In this document: positions 46,103 to 57,141 of the stretch, piece by piece
Layout of the letters: each line of letters starts with the position of its first letter
Numbering within the stretch: position 1 is the stretch's first letter
Source of the DNA: Eubacteriales bacterium
GTDB taxonomy: Bacteria; Bacillota; Clostridia; Oscillospirales; CAG-272
Direction: 5' to 3'
Assembly: GCA_045537015.1 (NCBI GenBank)
Contig: JAZSOQ010000114.1
Coordinates: 1-61,217, forward strand
DNA: 61,217 nucleotides
The notes under the pieces: generated by a model
Databases searched by the model: none
Seen by the model: the letters and a program-made list of their open reading frames with translations, nothing else
Told to the model about the DNA's origin: nothing
Program-made: the position numbers and the translations under genes

Positions 46103-47137
46103 TCACTTAACTCCTGCCTTTGGCGAACGAAGATGAAGCAGATGTGCAACCGCGGGGATCGGCTGCCCCTGCTTGAGGCTTGAGGGGCTCATCATCGCGC
46201 CCGTGCCGTAAAAAAGAATATTTGATAATTCGCCCTTTTTCAGTTTCGGGAGAATATGCGACGCCAAAACGACAGCGGAGCAACCGCAACCCGAGCCGCC
46301 CGCGTGAACGTCCTGCGACTCGGCATCGTAGATCATCATACCGCAGTCATAAAGCTTTTCCGATGCCGAAACGCCCGAAGCCGCCAGAAGCTCGCCAAGG
46401 ATGATCTGTCCCTCGCTCCCGAGATCGCCGCTGAGCACCATATCGTAATCCTCGGGGGACGTGCCGCTTGCTTCAAAATAGTTCAGAAGTGTATCACAAG
46501 CCGCCGGTGCCATCGCCGCGCCCATATTTGCGGCATCGGTGACACCCTTTTCGACCACTATTCCGGGGAATATGTCCTCAACCGAGGCAAACACGCGGTC
46601 GGGGGTTGTTTTTTCATTGTGAGACAAGATAAAAGCGCCCGCGCCCGTGACTGTCCATTGTGCTGTCGGAGTGCGTTGACCACCGTATTCAAGCGGATTG
46701 CGGTATTGCCTTTCCGCCGCCGCATTATGCGATGAAGTGACCGCCGCGGCATAATCGGCAAGACGGTTTGAAACGAACACAGAGGCAAGCATTATTCCCT
46801 CCGCCGCCGTTGAGCAGGCTCCGTAAAGCCCGAAATAGGGAATGTCATATTCAAGCAAGCCGTAAGCCGATGACACGCATTGATTGAGAAGGTCGCCCGC
46901 AAAAAGTGCTCCAATATCCGACGGCGTCAGCGAGCATTTTCCCATTACCGAAGCAAGCACGAGCCTTTGCATTTCGCTTTCGCTTTTTTCAAAAGTCTTT
47001 TGCCCGAAGCGGTCGTCGGGATCGTGAAAGTCGAAGCAGGCGCCAAGAGGTCCCTCGTATTCCTTCCCTCCGACAGCGCTTGCGGATGAAATTATTACTG
47101 ACCCCGCCGTATCTATTATTTTTCTGTTTGAATTCAT
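46103..47137 (-). CDS. spoVAD: stage V sporulation protein AD
   Basis: Thiolase-fold SpoVAD pattern (SAVGGKEYEGPLG..FD......DRFGQKTFEKSESEM; GTGAMMS). Start at ATG 47137 with a GGGAG SD. Confidence 0.85.
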   Translation of the reverse strand: MNSNRKIIDTAGSVIISSASAVGGKEYEGPLGACFDFHDPDDRFGQKTFEKSESEMQRLVLASVMGKCSLTPSDIGALFAGDLLNQCVSSAYGLLEYDIPYFGLYGACSTAAEGIMLASVFVSNRLADYAAAVTSSHNAAAERQYRNPLEYGGQRTPTAQWTVTGAGAFILSHNEKTTPDRVFASVEDIFPGIVVEKGVTDAANMGAAMAPAACDTLLNYFEASGTSPEDYDMVLSGDLGSEGQIILGELLAASGVSASEKLYDCGMMIYDAESQDVHAGGSGCGCSAVVLASHILPKLKKGELSNILFYGTGAMMSPSSLKQGQPIPAVAHLLHLRSPKAGVK

Positions 47138-47235
47138 ATATTTTCTCCCGAATTTGCTTTTTCTCAATTTATTTTCTCCGCTAATACTTGATTTATTCAT
47201 TATAATATGATAAAATATTCCAAGGAGGAAAAATT

Positions 47236-48099
47236 ATGAATACTTATATTATTAAAAACGATTATATAACTCTCACGCTTTCGGATATCGGAGGCGAACC
47301 TCTCTCCATAAAAATGGTGGATCACGAGTATCTCTGGCACAGAGATGCGAAATATTGGAAATCCAGCGCGCCCTTGCTCTTCCCCACTGTCGGCAGACTT
47401 CGCGGCGGAGAATGGTGTGATGGGACTGACACCTATCCCATGAGTAACCATGGCTTTGCAAGGCATCAGCAGATGAAAGCAGTAGCAATGCGCGATTTTG
47501 CCGAATTCACTCTTACCGACAATGCAGAATCACACAAAAGCTACCCCTATTCATTCACTCTTCGCAGACGCTTTAAGCTTGCAAAGAACTCGATTCTTGA
47601 AACTATTACGGTAACGAATACCGACAGCCGCGATATGCATTTCGGCATCGGTCTGCACCCCGGATTTATGATCCCCGAAGGACGCGCGCGACTTTCGCTT
47701 GAGCTTTCCGAAGAACCGAGAAGACAGCTTCTCTCCCCCGCATTCCTGATGGCGGACAAGGATGAGTCCTACGCACTGCGCGACGGCAAGTATATTGACC
47801 TTGACAACTCGCTTTTTGACAATGACGCGATCATTCTGACCGGAGTAAAATCTGCTACGCTCGAATCACCCGATTCGGAAAGAAGCGTGACGGCTATCTT
47901 CCCCGATGCAAAATACGTGGGCTTCTGGCAGCCCGATCACAGCGACGCGCCCTTCCTTTGCATCGAGCCCTGGCAGTCGCTTCCCGCTTCCGATGCTCCC
48001 GCGGGATCGCCCGCCGATCAGATATCCGAGCGCAAGGGCTTTGTGACTCTTGCCCCCGGGGCATCATACAATTTCAGTTGTACGTTTATTTTCAATTAA
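47236..48099 (+). CDS. aldose 1-epimerase family protein (LacX-like)
   Basis: 287 aa. Blocks LLFPTVGRL, NHGFAR and GLHPGF. GGAGG SD. Confidence 0.8.
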   Translation: MNTYIIKNDYITLTLSDIGGEPLSIKMVDHEYLWHRDAKYWKSSAPLLFPTVGRLRGGEWCDGTDTYPMSNHGFARHQQMKAVAMRDFAEFTLTDNAESHKSYPYSFTLRRRFKLAKNSILETITVTNTDSRDMHFGIGLHPGFMIPEGRARLSLELSEEPRRQLLSPAFLMADKDESYALRDGKYIDLDNSLFDNDAIILTGVKSATLESPDSERSVTAIFPDAKYVGFWQPDHSDAPFLCIEPWQSLPASDAPAGSPADQISERKGFVTLAPGASYNFSCTFIFN

Positions 48100-48124
48100 A
48101 TAAAATTTGACAAGGAGATTAAAC

Positions 48125-49636
48125 ATGAAAAAACGTTTTATCGCATTACTCTGTGCGCTCTTTATGCTTCTCCCCCTCGCGGTAGCTTGTGCGGAAACAC
48201 AGGATCCCGTTGAGACAGACGCTAAAACCGATGTTCCCGGCGGCGCTCAGACCGAGGCTCCCGTCGTGGTCGAAACCACCGAGCCCGAACCCCAGTATCC
48301 CGTTCCCGAGACAAAGGATCTTCAGGGCTTTGTTTACCGCAACCTCATCGTCGGCAACGAGATGTGGGGTCCCATCTACTATTCCGAAGAGGGTGACCAG
48401 AACGGTAACATCATCAACGATGCTCTTTTCCGCCGCGAGGCCTTCCTTGAGGAAACCTTCAAATGCGAGGTTGAGCACATCGTCGATTCCAATGCTCTGA
48501 CAACTCTCGGCAACCACATCGGTGCCGGACTTGATCTTTGCGAAGCCATCTATCTTTCCGGCACAGATACCATCGCTGCGGCAAAGAACGGTTACGTTCT
48601 TGACATCAAGAATGTCGAAGGACTCAACCTTGACCAGCCCTGGTGGGATCAGCGTATTCAGGAGGAATACCTCATCGGCAGCCACCTCTTTACTCTTGAG
48701 GGTGATATGAATATGCTCGATGAGCTCCGTTCCATCTGCGTTGTTTTCAACAAGTCACTTTATAACGACTACAATTACAATTCTCTTTACGGCACTCCCT
48801 ACGACCTTGTTGAGCAGAACAAGTGGACATACGACACCCTTATGGAAATGATCAAGGGCGTAACCGTTGACTCCACCGATGCAAACGGCAGATGGGGACT
48901 GGTTGCAGAGGTTTCCGCTCCCTACTACTTCTTCCTTGGTCTCGGAAACAAGACCCTCGTTAACAACGGCGGCGAATTCGTGTCCAATATCGAATCCGAG
49001 CAGGTTATGAACGCGCTCCAGAAGGCTATGCAGCTTGTTGTAAATCCCGACGTTATGATCGTTAACAACGGCAATTGGTTCGTCGGCGGCGACGTATGGG
49101 GCGAAGCGAGAAACATATTCAAGAGCGGCAACGTACTCTTCCGTTCGAACGCACTTTCTTCCGTAAACGGCTATATTGATATGGCCAACGAATATGGTAT
49201 TCTTCCCGTTCCGAACAACGGTGAGTCGAACGAGTACTACTGCTACGTTTCCGGCGGAAACCACCGTCCTCTTTCCTTCCCCTCCAACCTCAAGGACGTT
49301 GAGAACACCATGCTTCTTGCAGAAGCAACCGCTTACTATTCAAGATTCACCGCCAAGGAAGGCAACGTAAGCCTCCGCGATGCATTCTACTATCAGCTTG
49401 CTGACTACCGTCTTGCACGTTCCCCCGAAGACACCAGAATGCTTGACATCTACTTCGATTCCAAGACATTTGACGTTGACCAGACCGGTAAGATCACGGG
49501 TCTCGAGAGCGCCATCTGGTCGCTTGCTAAGGCAGGAAACGTTGATGGCGTAGCCTCCACTATCACGGCTACCAAGAAAACTGCTACAAGATCACTCCAG
49601 CAGTTCCTCAATGAGCTTGCGAAGAATTACGACTGA
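48125..49636 (+). CDS. solute-binding-protein-like lipoprotein (paralog family, copy 4)
   Basis: Lipobox PLAVAC plus a T/E/P tether. More distant member of the family at 7423/11572/13779 (shared QPWWD, KWTYDT, LPVPN blocks). Starts 25 nt after the epimerase stop, with an AAGGAG SD and no intervening terminator. Confidence 0.5.
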   Translation: MKKRFIALLCALFMLLPLAVACAETQDPVETDAKTDVPGGAQTEAPVVVETTEPEPQYPVPETKDLQGFVYRNLIVGNEMWGPIYYSEEGDQNGNIINDALFRREAFLEETFKCEVEHIVDSNALTTLGNHIGAGLDLCEAIYLSGTDTIAAAKNGYVLDIKNVEGLNLDQPWWDQRIQEEYLIGSHLFTLEGDMNMLDELRSICVVFNKSLYNDYNYNSLYGTPYDLVEQNKWTYDTLMEMIKGVTVDSTDANGRWGLVAEVSAPYYFFLGLGNKTLVNNGGEFVSNIESEQVMNALQKAMQLVVNPDVMIVNNGNWFVGGDVWGEARNIFKSGNVLFRSNALSSVNGYIDMANEYGILPVPNNGESNEYYCYVSGGNHRPLSFPSNLKDVENTMLLAEATAYYSRFTAKEGNVSLRDAFYYQLADYRLARSPEDTRMLDIYFDSKTFDVDQTGKITGLESAIWSLAKAGNVDGVASTITATKKTATRSLQQFLNELAKNYD

Positions 49637-49647
49637 TCTATAAGCAT

Positions 49648-49690
49648 AAAAACACCCGCAAGGCGAACGCCTTGCGGGTGTTTCTATTTT
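49648..49690. terminator. bidirectional terminator between SBP-like copy 4 and groEL
   Basis: AAACACCCGCAAGGCG-AA-CGCCTTGCGGGTGTTT long stem. Confidence 0.9.
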
Positions 49691-49718
49691 GCATTTAGCA
49701 TTTTGCCTTTTGCATTTA

Positions 49719-51371
<1,653 letters not shown>

Positions 51372-51375
51372 TCAA

Positions 51376-51663
51376 TTATTCGATAACCGCGAGAATATCC
51401 TTCTCTGCGATGATGGTGTATTCTACACCGTCGAGCTTGACCTCGGTGCCCGAGTACTTAGCCGCGATGACCTTCTGTCCAACCTCGAGAGCAACGGGGA
51501 TGATTACGCCGTCGTCATTCTTCTTGCCGGGGCCGACTGCAACTACTTCTGCGATCTGGGGCTTTTCCTGCGCGCTGGCGGTAAGGATGATGCCGCTCTG
51601 GGTCTTCTCTTCTGCTTCGACAAGCTTGATAACTACTCTGTCTGCAAGCGGTTTGATGTTCAT
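51376..51663 (-). CDS. groS: co-chaperonin GroES
   Basis: 95 aa beginning MNIKPLADRVVIK, located 19 nt upstream of groEL. GGAGG SD. Confidence 0.97.
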   Translation of the reverse strand: MNIKPLADRVVIKLVEAEEKTQSGIILTASAQEKPQIAEVVAVGPGKKNDDGVIIPVALEVGQKVIAAKYSGTEVKLDGVEYTIIAEKDILAVIE

Positions 51664-51718
51664 TTTTCTTCCTCCTCAGGTGTAAAAGGCGTTTCCGCCT
51701 AAATAATATACTATGATT

Positions 51719-51745
51719 TTGGCACTCTTTTTGCCCGAGTGCTAA
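51719..51745 (-). promoter_or_regulatory. CIRCE operator (HrcA binding site) upstream of groES
   Basis: The + strand reads TTGGCACTC-N9-GAGTGCTAA, and the groES strand reads TTAGCACTC-N9-GAGTGCCAA. This matches the consensus TTAGCACTC-N9-GAGTGCTAA with one mismatch. It lies between the promoter and the groES SD. Confidence 0.92.
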
Positions 51746-51757
51746 CTTACGCCTATA

Positions 51758-51785
51758 ATTGTACTACAAATTCTCAAAAAATCAA
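51758..51785 (-). promoter_or_regulatory. sigma-A type promoter of groES-groEL
   Basis: On the - strand: TTGATT, a 16-nt spacer, then TACAAT, immediately upstream of CIRCE. Confidence 0.7.
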
Positions 51786-51887
51786 GTACCTTTGCCTCAA
51801 ATTAACATATTGTTCACACAATTTTTAGCACACGAAAGAGGAATTGCCAACAAATTTCGAGCATATCTTCTATAAAGAGGTGATCTT

Positions 51888-53222
51888 ATGCTTGAATATA
51901 TCAATTCCCGGATTTTGGGACGACTTTTGCCCGTATTTCTGATTGGCACGGGGCTCTTCTTCATTATATATATGAAAGGCTTACCGATTATGCGCCCGCG
52001 GGCGATCATTGCTCCTTTTTTAAGAAAAGAAATAAAGGATGGAGCGGTTTCTCCGAGATCGGCACTTTGGCTTGCTCTTGGCGGGGTGCTTGGGGTTGGC
52101 AACATAGTCGGAGTCTCGGCGGCAATATGGTACGGTGGCGCGGGGGCGGTTTTCTGGATGTGTGTATCAGCCGTCCTCGCTTCTATGTTGAAATACGCAG
52201 AAACACTCCTCGCCCTATCGCGCAGGAAAGGCAGCAAGGCATCATCGAGCGCGGAATACATAAAGGACGTGCTGACCGAGCGAGGGATGCCGTGGATCGG
52301 CAGATTTTTGAGCTTTGCCTTTGCCCTTCTCTGCCTTGTCAATTCGCTTTCTATGGGATGCTTGATTCAAGTAAACGCGATGGTTGGGGTTTGTCGAGAT
52401 ATACTGAACGTCAAGCCGCTTATCACGGGAATTTTGTGTGCAATTCTGATGATAGCGGTATCTTCGGGAGGGCTTAAACGCATCTCTTCTGCGACAAACA
52501 AGATCGTTCCTTTTATGAGTATCGTCTTTTGTCTGCTCTCGGTTGCGGCACTGATATTGCGAGCCAATAGGATTCCCCATGCATTTGTAGAGATTATTCG
52601 CTCTGCTTTTGATTTCAGCGGGAAAGGTATGATAGGCGGCATCGCAGGATACTTCATTTCGCGCTCGGTGCGACTCGGGGTGATGCGCGGGCTTATCAGT
52701 AATGAAGCCGGTGCAGGTACTTCGCCGATGGCGCATTCGGCTTCGTCTTCCGATTCTCCGGCAGAACAAGGATTTCTTGGAATAATCGAGGTGCTTATCG
52801 ACACGGTATTTCTTTGCACGCTGACCGCACTCGTCATTCTCGTCAGTTTCCCCGAGGTTGAGCATTTCGGGGACAATTCGGTGATGATGACAGTCGGGGC
52901 GTACAGCTCTGCGCTCGGTGATTGGGTTGAGCCCGTGATGTGCGTGCTTGTGCTTCTTTTCGGGCTCGCCACCGTGTTCTGTCAATGCTTTTATGGGAAG
53001 TTGTGTCTTTCCCACCTGACAAAAAACAAAGCCGCAGAGGCTATCCTGACGCTTCTCTACGGCGCGGCGGCGCTCCTTTCTTCGGGAACGCCGCCGGGGG
53101 ATGTATGGGGTCTTGCCGACCTTTCGATCGGGCTTATGACGTTAATTAATATTTCCGTTCTTTTCCTTGAAAGAAAACGAATACGGAAAGTGACCTTTGA
53201 TTATTTCAACAAGGAAAGATAA
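51888..53222 (+). CDS. alanine/glycine:cation symporter (AGCS) family transporter
   Basis: 444 aa, polytopic. AGCS signature region ALWLALGGVLGVGNIVGVSAAIWYGGAGAVFWMCVSAVLASMLKYAE. Confidence 0.8.
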   Translation: MLEYINSRILGRLLPVFLIGTGLFFIIYMKGLPIMRPRAIIAPFLRKEIKDGAVSPRSALWLALGGVLGVGNIVGVSAAIWYGGAGAVFWMCVSAVLASMLKYAETLLALSRRKGSKASSSAEYIKDVLTERGMPWIGRFLSFAFALLCLVNSLSMGCLIQVNAMVGVCRDILNVKPLITGILCAILMIAVSSGGLKRISSATNKIVPFMSIVFCLLSVAALILRANRIPHAFVEIIRSAFDFSGKGMIGGIAGYFISRSVRLGVMRGLISNEAGAGTSPMAHSASSSDSPAEQGFLGIIEVLIDTVFLCTLTALVILVSFPEVEHFGDNSVMMTVGAYSSALGDWVEPVMCVLVLLFGLATVFCQCFYGKLCLSHLTKNKAAEAILTLLYGAAALLSSGTPPGDVWGLADLSIGLMTLINISVLFLERKRIRKVTFDYFNKER

Positions 53223-54319
53223 TATTCCTCAACCTCGCGAGCCATACGCTCGGAGGTGTAACTTGCGAGATATTTTTCCTTTGATGCTACAGAAAGAGAT
53301 TTCAGCTTCTCTTGGTTGCGGTAAAGTTCCTCCATTGCATCGGCAAAAGCATCGCTGTCTCCGCGTTCGCAAACGATTCCGCAGCCTTCTGCAATTCGCT
53401 TGTTTCCCGCAAGATCGGATACAACAGGAACAACGCCGAGGCTCATACCTTCAAGCAGAGCGAGATTCGAGGTTTCGGTACCGACGGAGCAGTTGACATT
53501 TACGTTGCAAAGGTTCATACAGGGAGCTATATCGTTGACAAAGCCGCAGATCTTGATCCTATCGCCAAGTTCTTCCGCGGCATCGCGGATCGTATCAATC
53601 CGGCTTCCGTCGCCGACAATAAGGAAATACACTTTATCAAGTCCGCGCTCGATGCATTTCTGTGCCGCTTCAATGAAAGTCAAATGATCCTTCACCGTTT
53701 CTACACGGGCAAAGATTCCGACAATGAAGGCATCATCCGGGATGGCAAGCTCGGCTCTCAACTCGGATTTTTCCGCTTCTGAAATCTCACGAAGCGCAGG
53801 CGCGCCGTTATAGATCACCTTGATCTTTTCGCGGGGCAGAGCCTCTGCAGCAATCGAATCAGCCGCGCTATCGTCGGTGGCTATCGCGCCGTGAAGTGTT
53901 TTTTTCCATTCCTTCGCAAGCATCTGCTTGAATGGGAATTTCATCAGCTTGGGCGACGGCATATCCGAGCAATGCTTGGTGAGGATTATGCACGGTACTT
54001 TCGCCTCTACTCCCGCAAATCTTCCCGTTCTTGATGAATGTGTGTGAAGAATATCGGGCGAGAGTTTTTTGATCTTCTCGGTAAGAAAACCTTGAAATTC
54101 GGGGGCGCTGGAGCGATCGGCGATCCCGTAAGCTGTGATGACGGGTATGCCAAGCGCCTCGATCTCGGGGATCAATGCGGCGTCCTCGGGAAGAATGACG
54201 CTGTATTCAAAGCGTTCGCGATCTGCCTTTTCGAGAAAGTATCGGAGAAGCCTTCCGGCTCCTCCGATATTCGAATCGGTGAGGATATGTGTTACTTTGA
54301 TCTTAGCTGAGGACTGCAT
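53201..54319 (-). CDS. glycosyltransferase family 4 (GT-B fold)
   Basis: 372 aa. N-terminal HILTDSNIGGAG and a C-terminal GT1/GT4 block (GTETSNLALLEGMSLGVVPVVSD). Its start overlaps the hom stop by 17 nt, and its 3' end overlaps the convergent AGCS gene by 22 nt. Confidence 0.8.
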   Translation of the reverse strand: MQSSAKIKVTHILTDSNIGGAGRLLRYFLEKADRERFEYSVILPEDAALIPEIEALGIPVITAYGIADRSSAPEFQGFLTEKIKKLSPDILHTHSSRTGRFAGVEAKVPCIILTKHCSDMPSPKLMKFPFKQMLAKEWKKTLHGAIATDDSAADSIAAEALPREKIKVIYNGAPALREISEAEKSELRAELAIPDDAFIVGIFARVETVKDHLTFIEAAQKCIERGLDKVYFLIVGDGSRIDTIRDAAEELGDRIKICGFVNDIAPCMNLCNVNVNCSVGTETSNLALLEGMSLGVVPVVSDLAGNKRIAEGCGIVCERGDSDAFADAMEELYRNQEKLKSLSVASKEKYLASYTSERMAREVEEYYLSLLK

Positions 54320-55499
54320 AGGTCTTCACGCTTCCTTCAAGCACGGGATCGGAACAGATAACAGCGAACAATTCGTCAGTACCATTAACAAACGATACGT
54401 CGATCTTGCCTGCGACAGCCTTTTTGAGGGTTTCGCCATCCTCGAAGATATGGCAGAACTCCTTTGCAACAGTTCCGATAACCTCGTCTGCGGGAACAAT
54501 GTCCGCCTCGGTTGCCTTTTCCCAGAAGAGTCTTGCGGGAGCGGCGGACTTGGTTTCAAGAGCATCAATGACATCGGCAACAACTGCGCCGGCTGTGGGG
54601 AGCTGACCTGCGCCGCGTCCGTAGAACATAGCATCGCCGAGCATATTGCCGCGAACGAGAACGCTGTTGAAAACGTCATTTACGTGCGCCATCGGACAGG
54701 ATTCCTTGACGAATTCGGGCGAAACGGTTGCGTAGATGCGTCCGTCTGCGAGCTTACCTGCGCGTCCGATAAGTTTAACGGAACAACCGAAGGTCTCGGC
54801 AACCTCAATATCGGTAAGGGAAACATCTGTGATTCCCTTTGCCTTCAGCATATCCATCGGGATGAGCTTACCATAGGAAAGTGCCGCAAGGATAGCGGTC
54901 TTGCGGAGTGCGTCGATTCCTTCAACGTCTGCCGCGGGATTTGCCTCGGCATATCCGAGTTTCTGTGCGTCCTTGAGAACCTCGGCGTAAGTGCAGCCCT
55001 CGTTGGTCATACGGGTGAGGATATAGTTGGTGGTGCCGTTGAGAATACCGCATATGCCCTCGATCTCGTTGGATGCGAGGTCATTGATAAGGGGACGGAT
55101 GATCGGGATGCCGCCGCCGACGCTCGCTTCGAAGAGATAGCGAACGCCCTTCTCTCTTGCAAGCGCAAGAAGCTCGTCGCCGCAATCGGCAACTACTGCC
55201 TTATTTGCGGTAACAACGCTCTTGCCTGCTTCAAGCGCAGCGCGGGTGAAATCGGATGCAGGATGGATGCCGCCCATGACTTCAACAACAACTTTAACCT
55301 CGGGGTCGTTCAGAATTACGTTAAGATCGGTTACAACGCGGTCTGCATAGGGAGTACCCGACATATCGCGGATCTCGAGAATATATTTGAGATAGACCTC
55401 CTCGCCGAGGCGGGAAGCTATCAGCTTTTTGTTTTCTTCAATAACCTTGGCAACGCCGCTTCCGATAACGCCGTAGCCCATAAGTGCAATATTAAGCAT
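54303..55499 (-). CDS. hom: homoserine dehydrogenase with C-terminal ACT domain
   Basis: Begins NIALMGYGVIGSGV, with blocks EASVGGGIPII, GILNGTTNYIL and LGYAEANP. Start at ATG 55499 with an AAGGAG SD. Confidence 0.92.
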   Translation of the reverse strand: MLNIALMGYGVIGSGVAKVIEENKKLIASRLGEEVYLKYILEIRDMSGTPYADRVVTDLNVILNDPEVKVVVEVMGGIHPASDFTRAALEAGKSVVTANKAVVADCGDELLALAREKGVRYLFEASVGGGIPIIRPLINDLASNEIEGICGILNGTTNYILTRMTNEGCTYAEVLKDAQKLGYAEANPAADVEGIDALRKTAILAALSYGKLIPMDMLKAKGITDVSLTDIEVAETFGCSVKLIGRAGKLADGRIYATVSPEFVKESCPMAHVNDVFNSVLVRGNMLGDAMFYGRGAGQLPTAGAVVADVIDALETKSAAPARLFWEKATEADIVPADEVIGTVAKEFCHIFEDGETLKKAVAGKIDVSFVNGTDELFAVICSDPVLEGSVKTYAVLS

Positions 55500-55631
55500 G
55501 GTTTTGTGCTCCTTTATATTTATAACAATAATAATATCACATTTTCGAAAAAAAATCAATAAAAACTATTGAAAAAGTTCTTTTTTTATGATAATATTTA
55601 TATAAGCAACAATTATTAAGGAGATTTCCAA

Positions 55632-56183
55632 ATGTCATCACCCATCGGAAGCAAGCGCACGGTAAAGATCTTTGTGCTCTATCTTCTTGAAAATATCAAT
55701 TACCCACTCGAATACTGCACCATCAACGACATAGTTATGCAGACAGATTACGTCATGTTCCTCGACTTTGCCGAAAGCTTCAACGAAATGGTTGACGGCG
55801 AGCTGATCGAATCCTTCGAGCAGGACGGACTGACTTACTATCAGGTCAGCGACAAGGGACGGATCGTCGCGCAGGCGTTCAAATCCGACGTTCTCTCCTC
55901 CGTCCTCGACTCCGCAATGACGGCGGCTCTGCGATACCTCGACTTCACCAAGCGCGGGATCACAACAGAATGCCGCATCGAAGGTGTTGATCCGAAGACG
56001 GGCAAATGTTCGGTTTACTGCTCGCTGACGGAAAAGAAAAAGGTCATCTTTGAGGCAACTCTCGTTGTTGACAGTCTTGACAGAGCACGCAGAATGAAGG
56101 CGAATTTCGACGACCGCCCCGAGGTAATCTACCGCGGATTTACGGCACTTATGGCGGGCAACGTCAACTTTCTTTTTGATTAA
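55632..56183 (+). CDS. DUF4364-like putative regulatory protein
   Basis: 183 aa. The N-terminal winged-helix-like pattern KIFVLYLLENINYPLEYCTINDIVMQ resembles Clostridial DUF4364 proteins. Assigned from memory of the family only. Confidence 0.45.
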   Translation: MSSPIGSKRTVKIFVLYLLENINYPLEYCTINDIVMQTDYVMFLDFAESFNEMVDGELIESFEQDGLTYYQVSDKGRIVAQAFKSDVLSSVLDSAMTAALRYLDFTKRGITTECRIEGVDPKTGKCSVYCSLTEKKKVIFEATLVVDSLDRARRMKANFDDRPEVIYRGFTALMAGNVNFLFD

Positions 56184-56195
56184 GTTAAAGAATCA

Positions 56196-56227
56196 CGGGA
56201 GCTCCGTTCGGGGCTCCCGCTTTTTTA
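56196..56227. terminator. bidirectional terminator between the DUF4364-like gene and cotJC
   Basis: CGGGAGC...GCTCCCG stem followed by TTTTTT. Confidence 0.8.
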
Positions 56228-56232
56228 CGATA

Positions 56233-56841
56233 TTATTTTTGGTTCTGTTTGTCAAACGCGGGGTTAAAAGCATAGAAATTTTTGCCGTCGAGCTTATCCT
56301 GAACAACTCTCATGGCGTCGCCGAAACGCTGGAAATGCACGATCTCGCGTTCGCGGAGGAAACGGAGAGGATCGGTGACGTCAGGATCGTCAGAAAGCCG
56401 GATGAGATTGTCGTAGGTCACGCGCGCTTTCTGCTCGGCAGCCTGCGATTCGGCAAGATCGGCGAGGGGATCGCCCTTGATTCCCACGTATTTCATATCA
56501 AAAGGCACGCCCGATGCCGCAATCGGGTAAAGCCCGCTCGTGTGATCGACGTAATAGGGCTCAAATGGGGTTCCCTTGATATGCTCGACAGAAATATTCC
56601 GCGTGAGCTGATAAATGATCGCCGCAATCATTTCTAAATGGGCTAATTCTTCGGTTCCGACGTCAGTTAGAATTCCAACAACTTCGTCATGGGGCATACC
56701 GTAGCGTTGGTTGAGATAGCGCATTGAAGCGGCGAGCTCCCCATCCGGTCCGCCGAGTTGCGAGATGATAGCCGAGGCAAGCTTGGGATTTGGATTTTTG
56801 ATCTTTACGGGGTACTGCAATTTCTTCTCATATATCCACAT
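56233..56841 (-). CDS. cotJC: spore coat protein CotJC (manganese-catalase family)
   Basis: 202 aa beginning MWIYEKKLQYPVKIKNPNPKLA..GGPDGELAASMRYLNQRY. GGAGG SD. Confidence 0.92.
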   Translation of the reverse strand: MWIYEKKLQYPVKIKNPNPKLASAIISQLGGPDGELAASMRYLNQRYGMPHDEVVGILTDVGTEELAHLEMIAAIIYQLTRNISVEHIKGTPFEPYYVDHTSGLYPIAASGVPFDMKYVGIKGDPLADLAESQAAEQKARVTYDNLIRLSDDPDVTDPLRFLREREIVHFQRFGDAMRVVQDKLDGKNFYAFNPAFDKQNQK

Positions 56842-56853
56842 ATCTTCGCCTCC

Positions 56854-57141
56854 TCAGTTTGCCGCGTATTGCCATGGCCAGGGCGCGCATTTATCGCTCG
56901 AAGCGCCACAGACGCCGTACATAGTCAGCATACCGTGCCTCGACTCGTACTCCGCCGCGATCTTCGCGCGTTTTTCTCTTAATGCCGCAAGATATTCCTT
57001 TGCCTCGCAGCAATCGGGGTAAACATCGAGATACAACGTCACCTCGATGATAGCAAAATCGATCTGCCGCAGTTCGGTGAGCAGGTCGTTATTTTTTTCG
57101 CAGGAGCAGCTCTGCTTGATCGGGCAAGTGTATTTATCCAT
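56854..57141 (-). CDS. cotJB: spore coat protein CotJB
   Basis: About 95 aa. CotJB block LLTELRQIDFAIIEVTLYLDVYPD. Start at ATG 57141 overlaps the cotJA stop by 8 nt. Confidence 0.85.
   Translation of the reverse strand: MDKYTCPIKQSCSCEKNNDLLTELRQIDFAIIEVTLYLDVYPDCCEAKEYLAALREKRAKIAAEYESRHGMLTMYGVCGASSDKCAPWPWQYAAN

Noticed and set aside
51797-52342. 181-aa minus-strand ORF upstream of groES that overlaps the start of the AGCS transporter gene.
   Set aside because: It is antisense to a well-supported transporter gene, runs through the groES promoter/CIRCE region, and has a basic, low-complexity translation with no SD.
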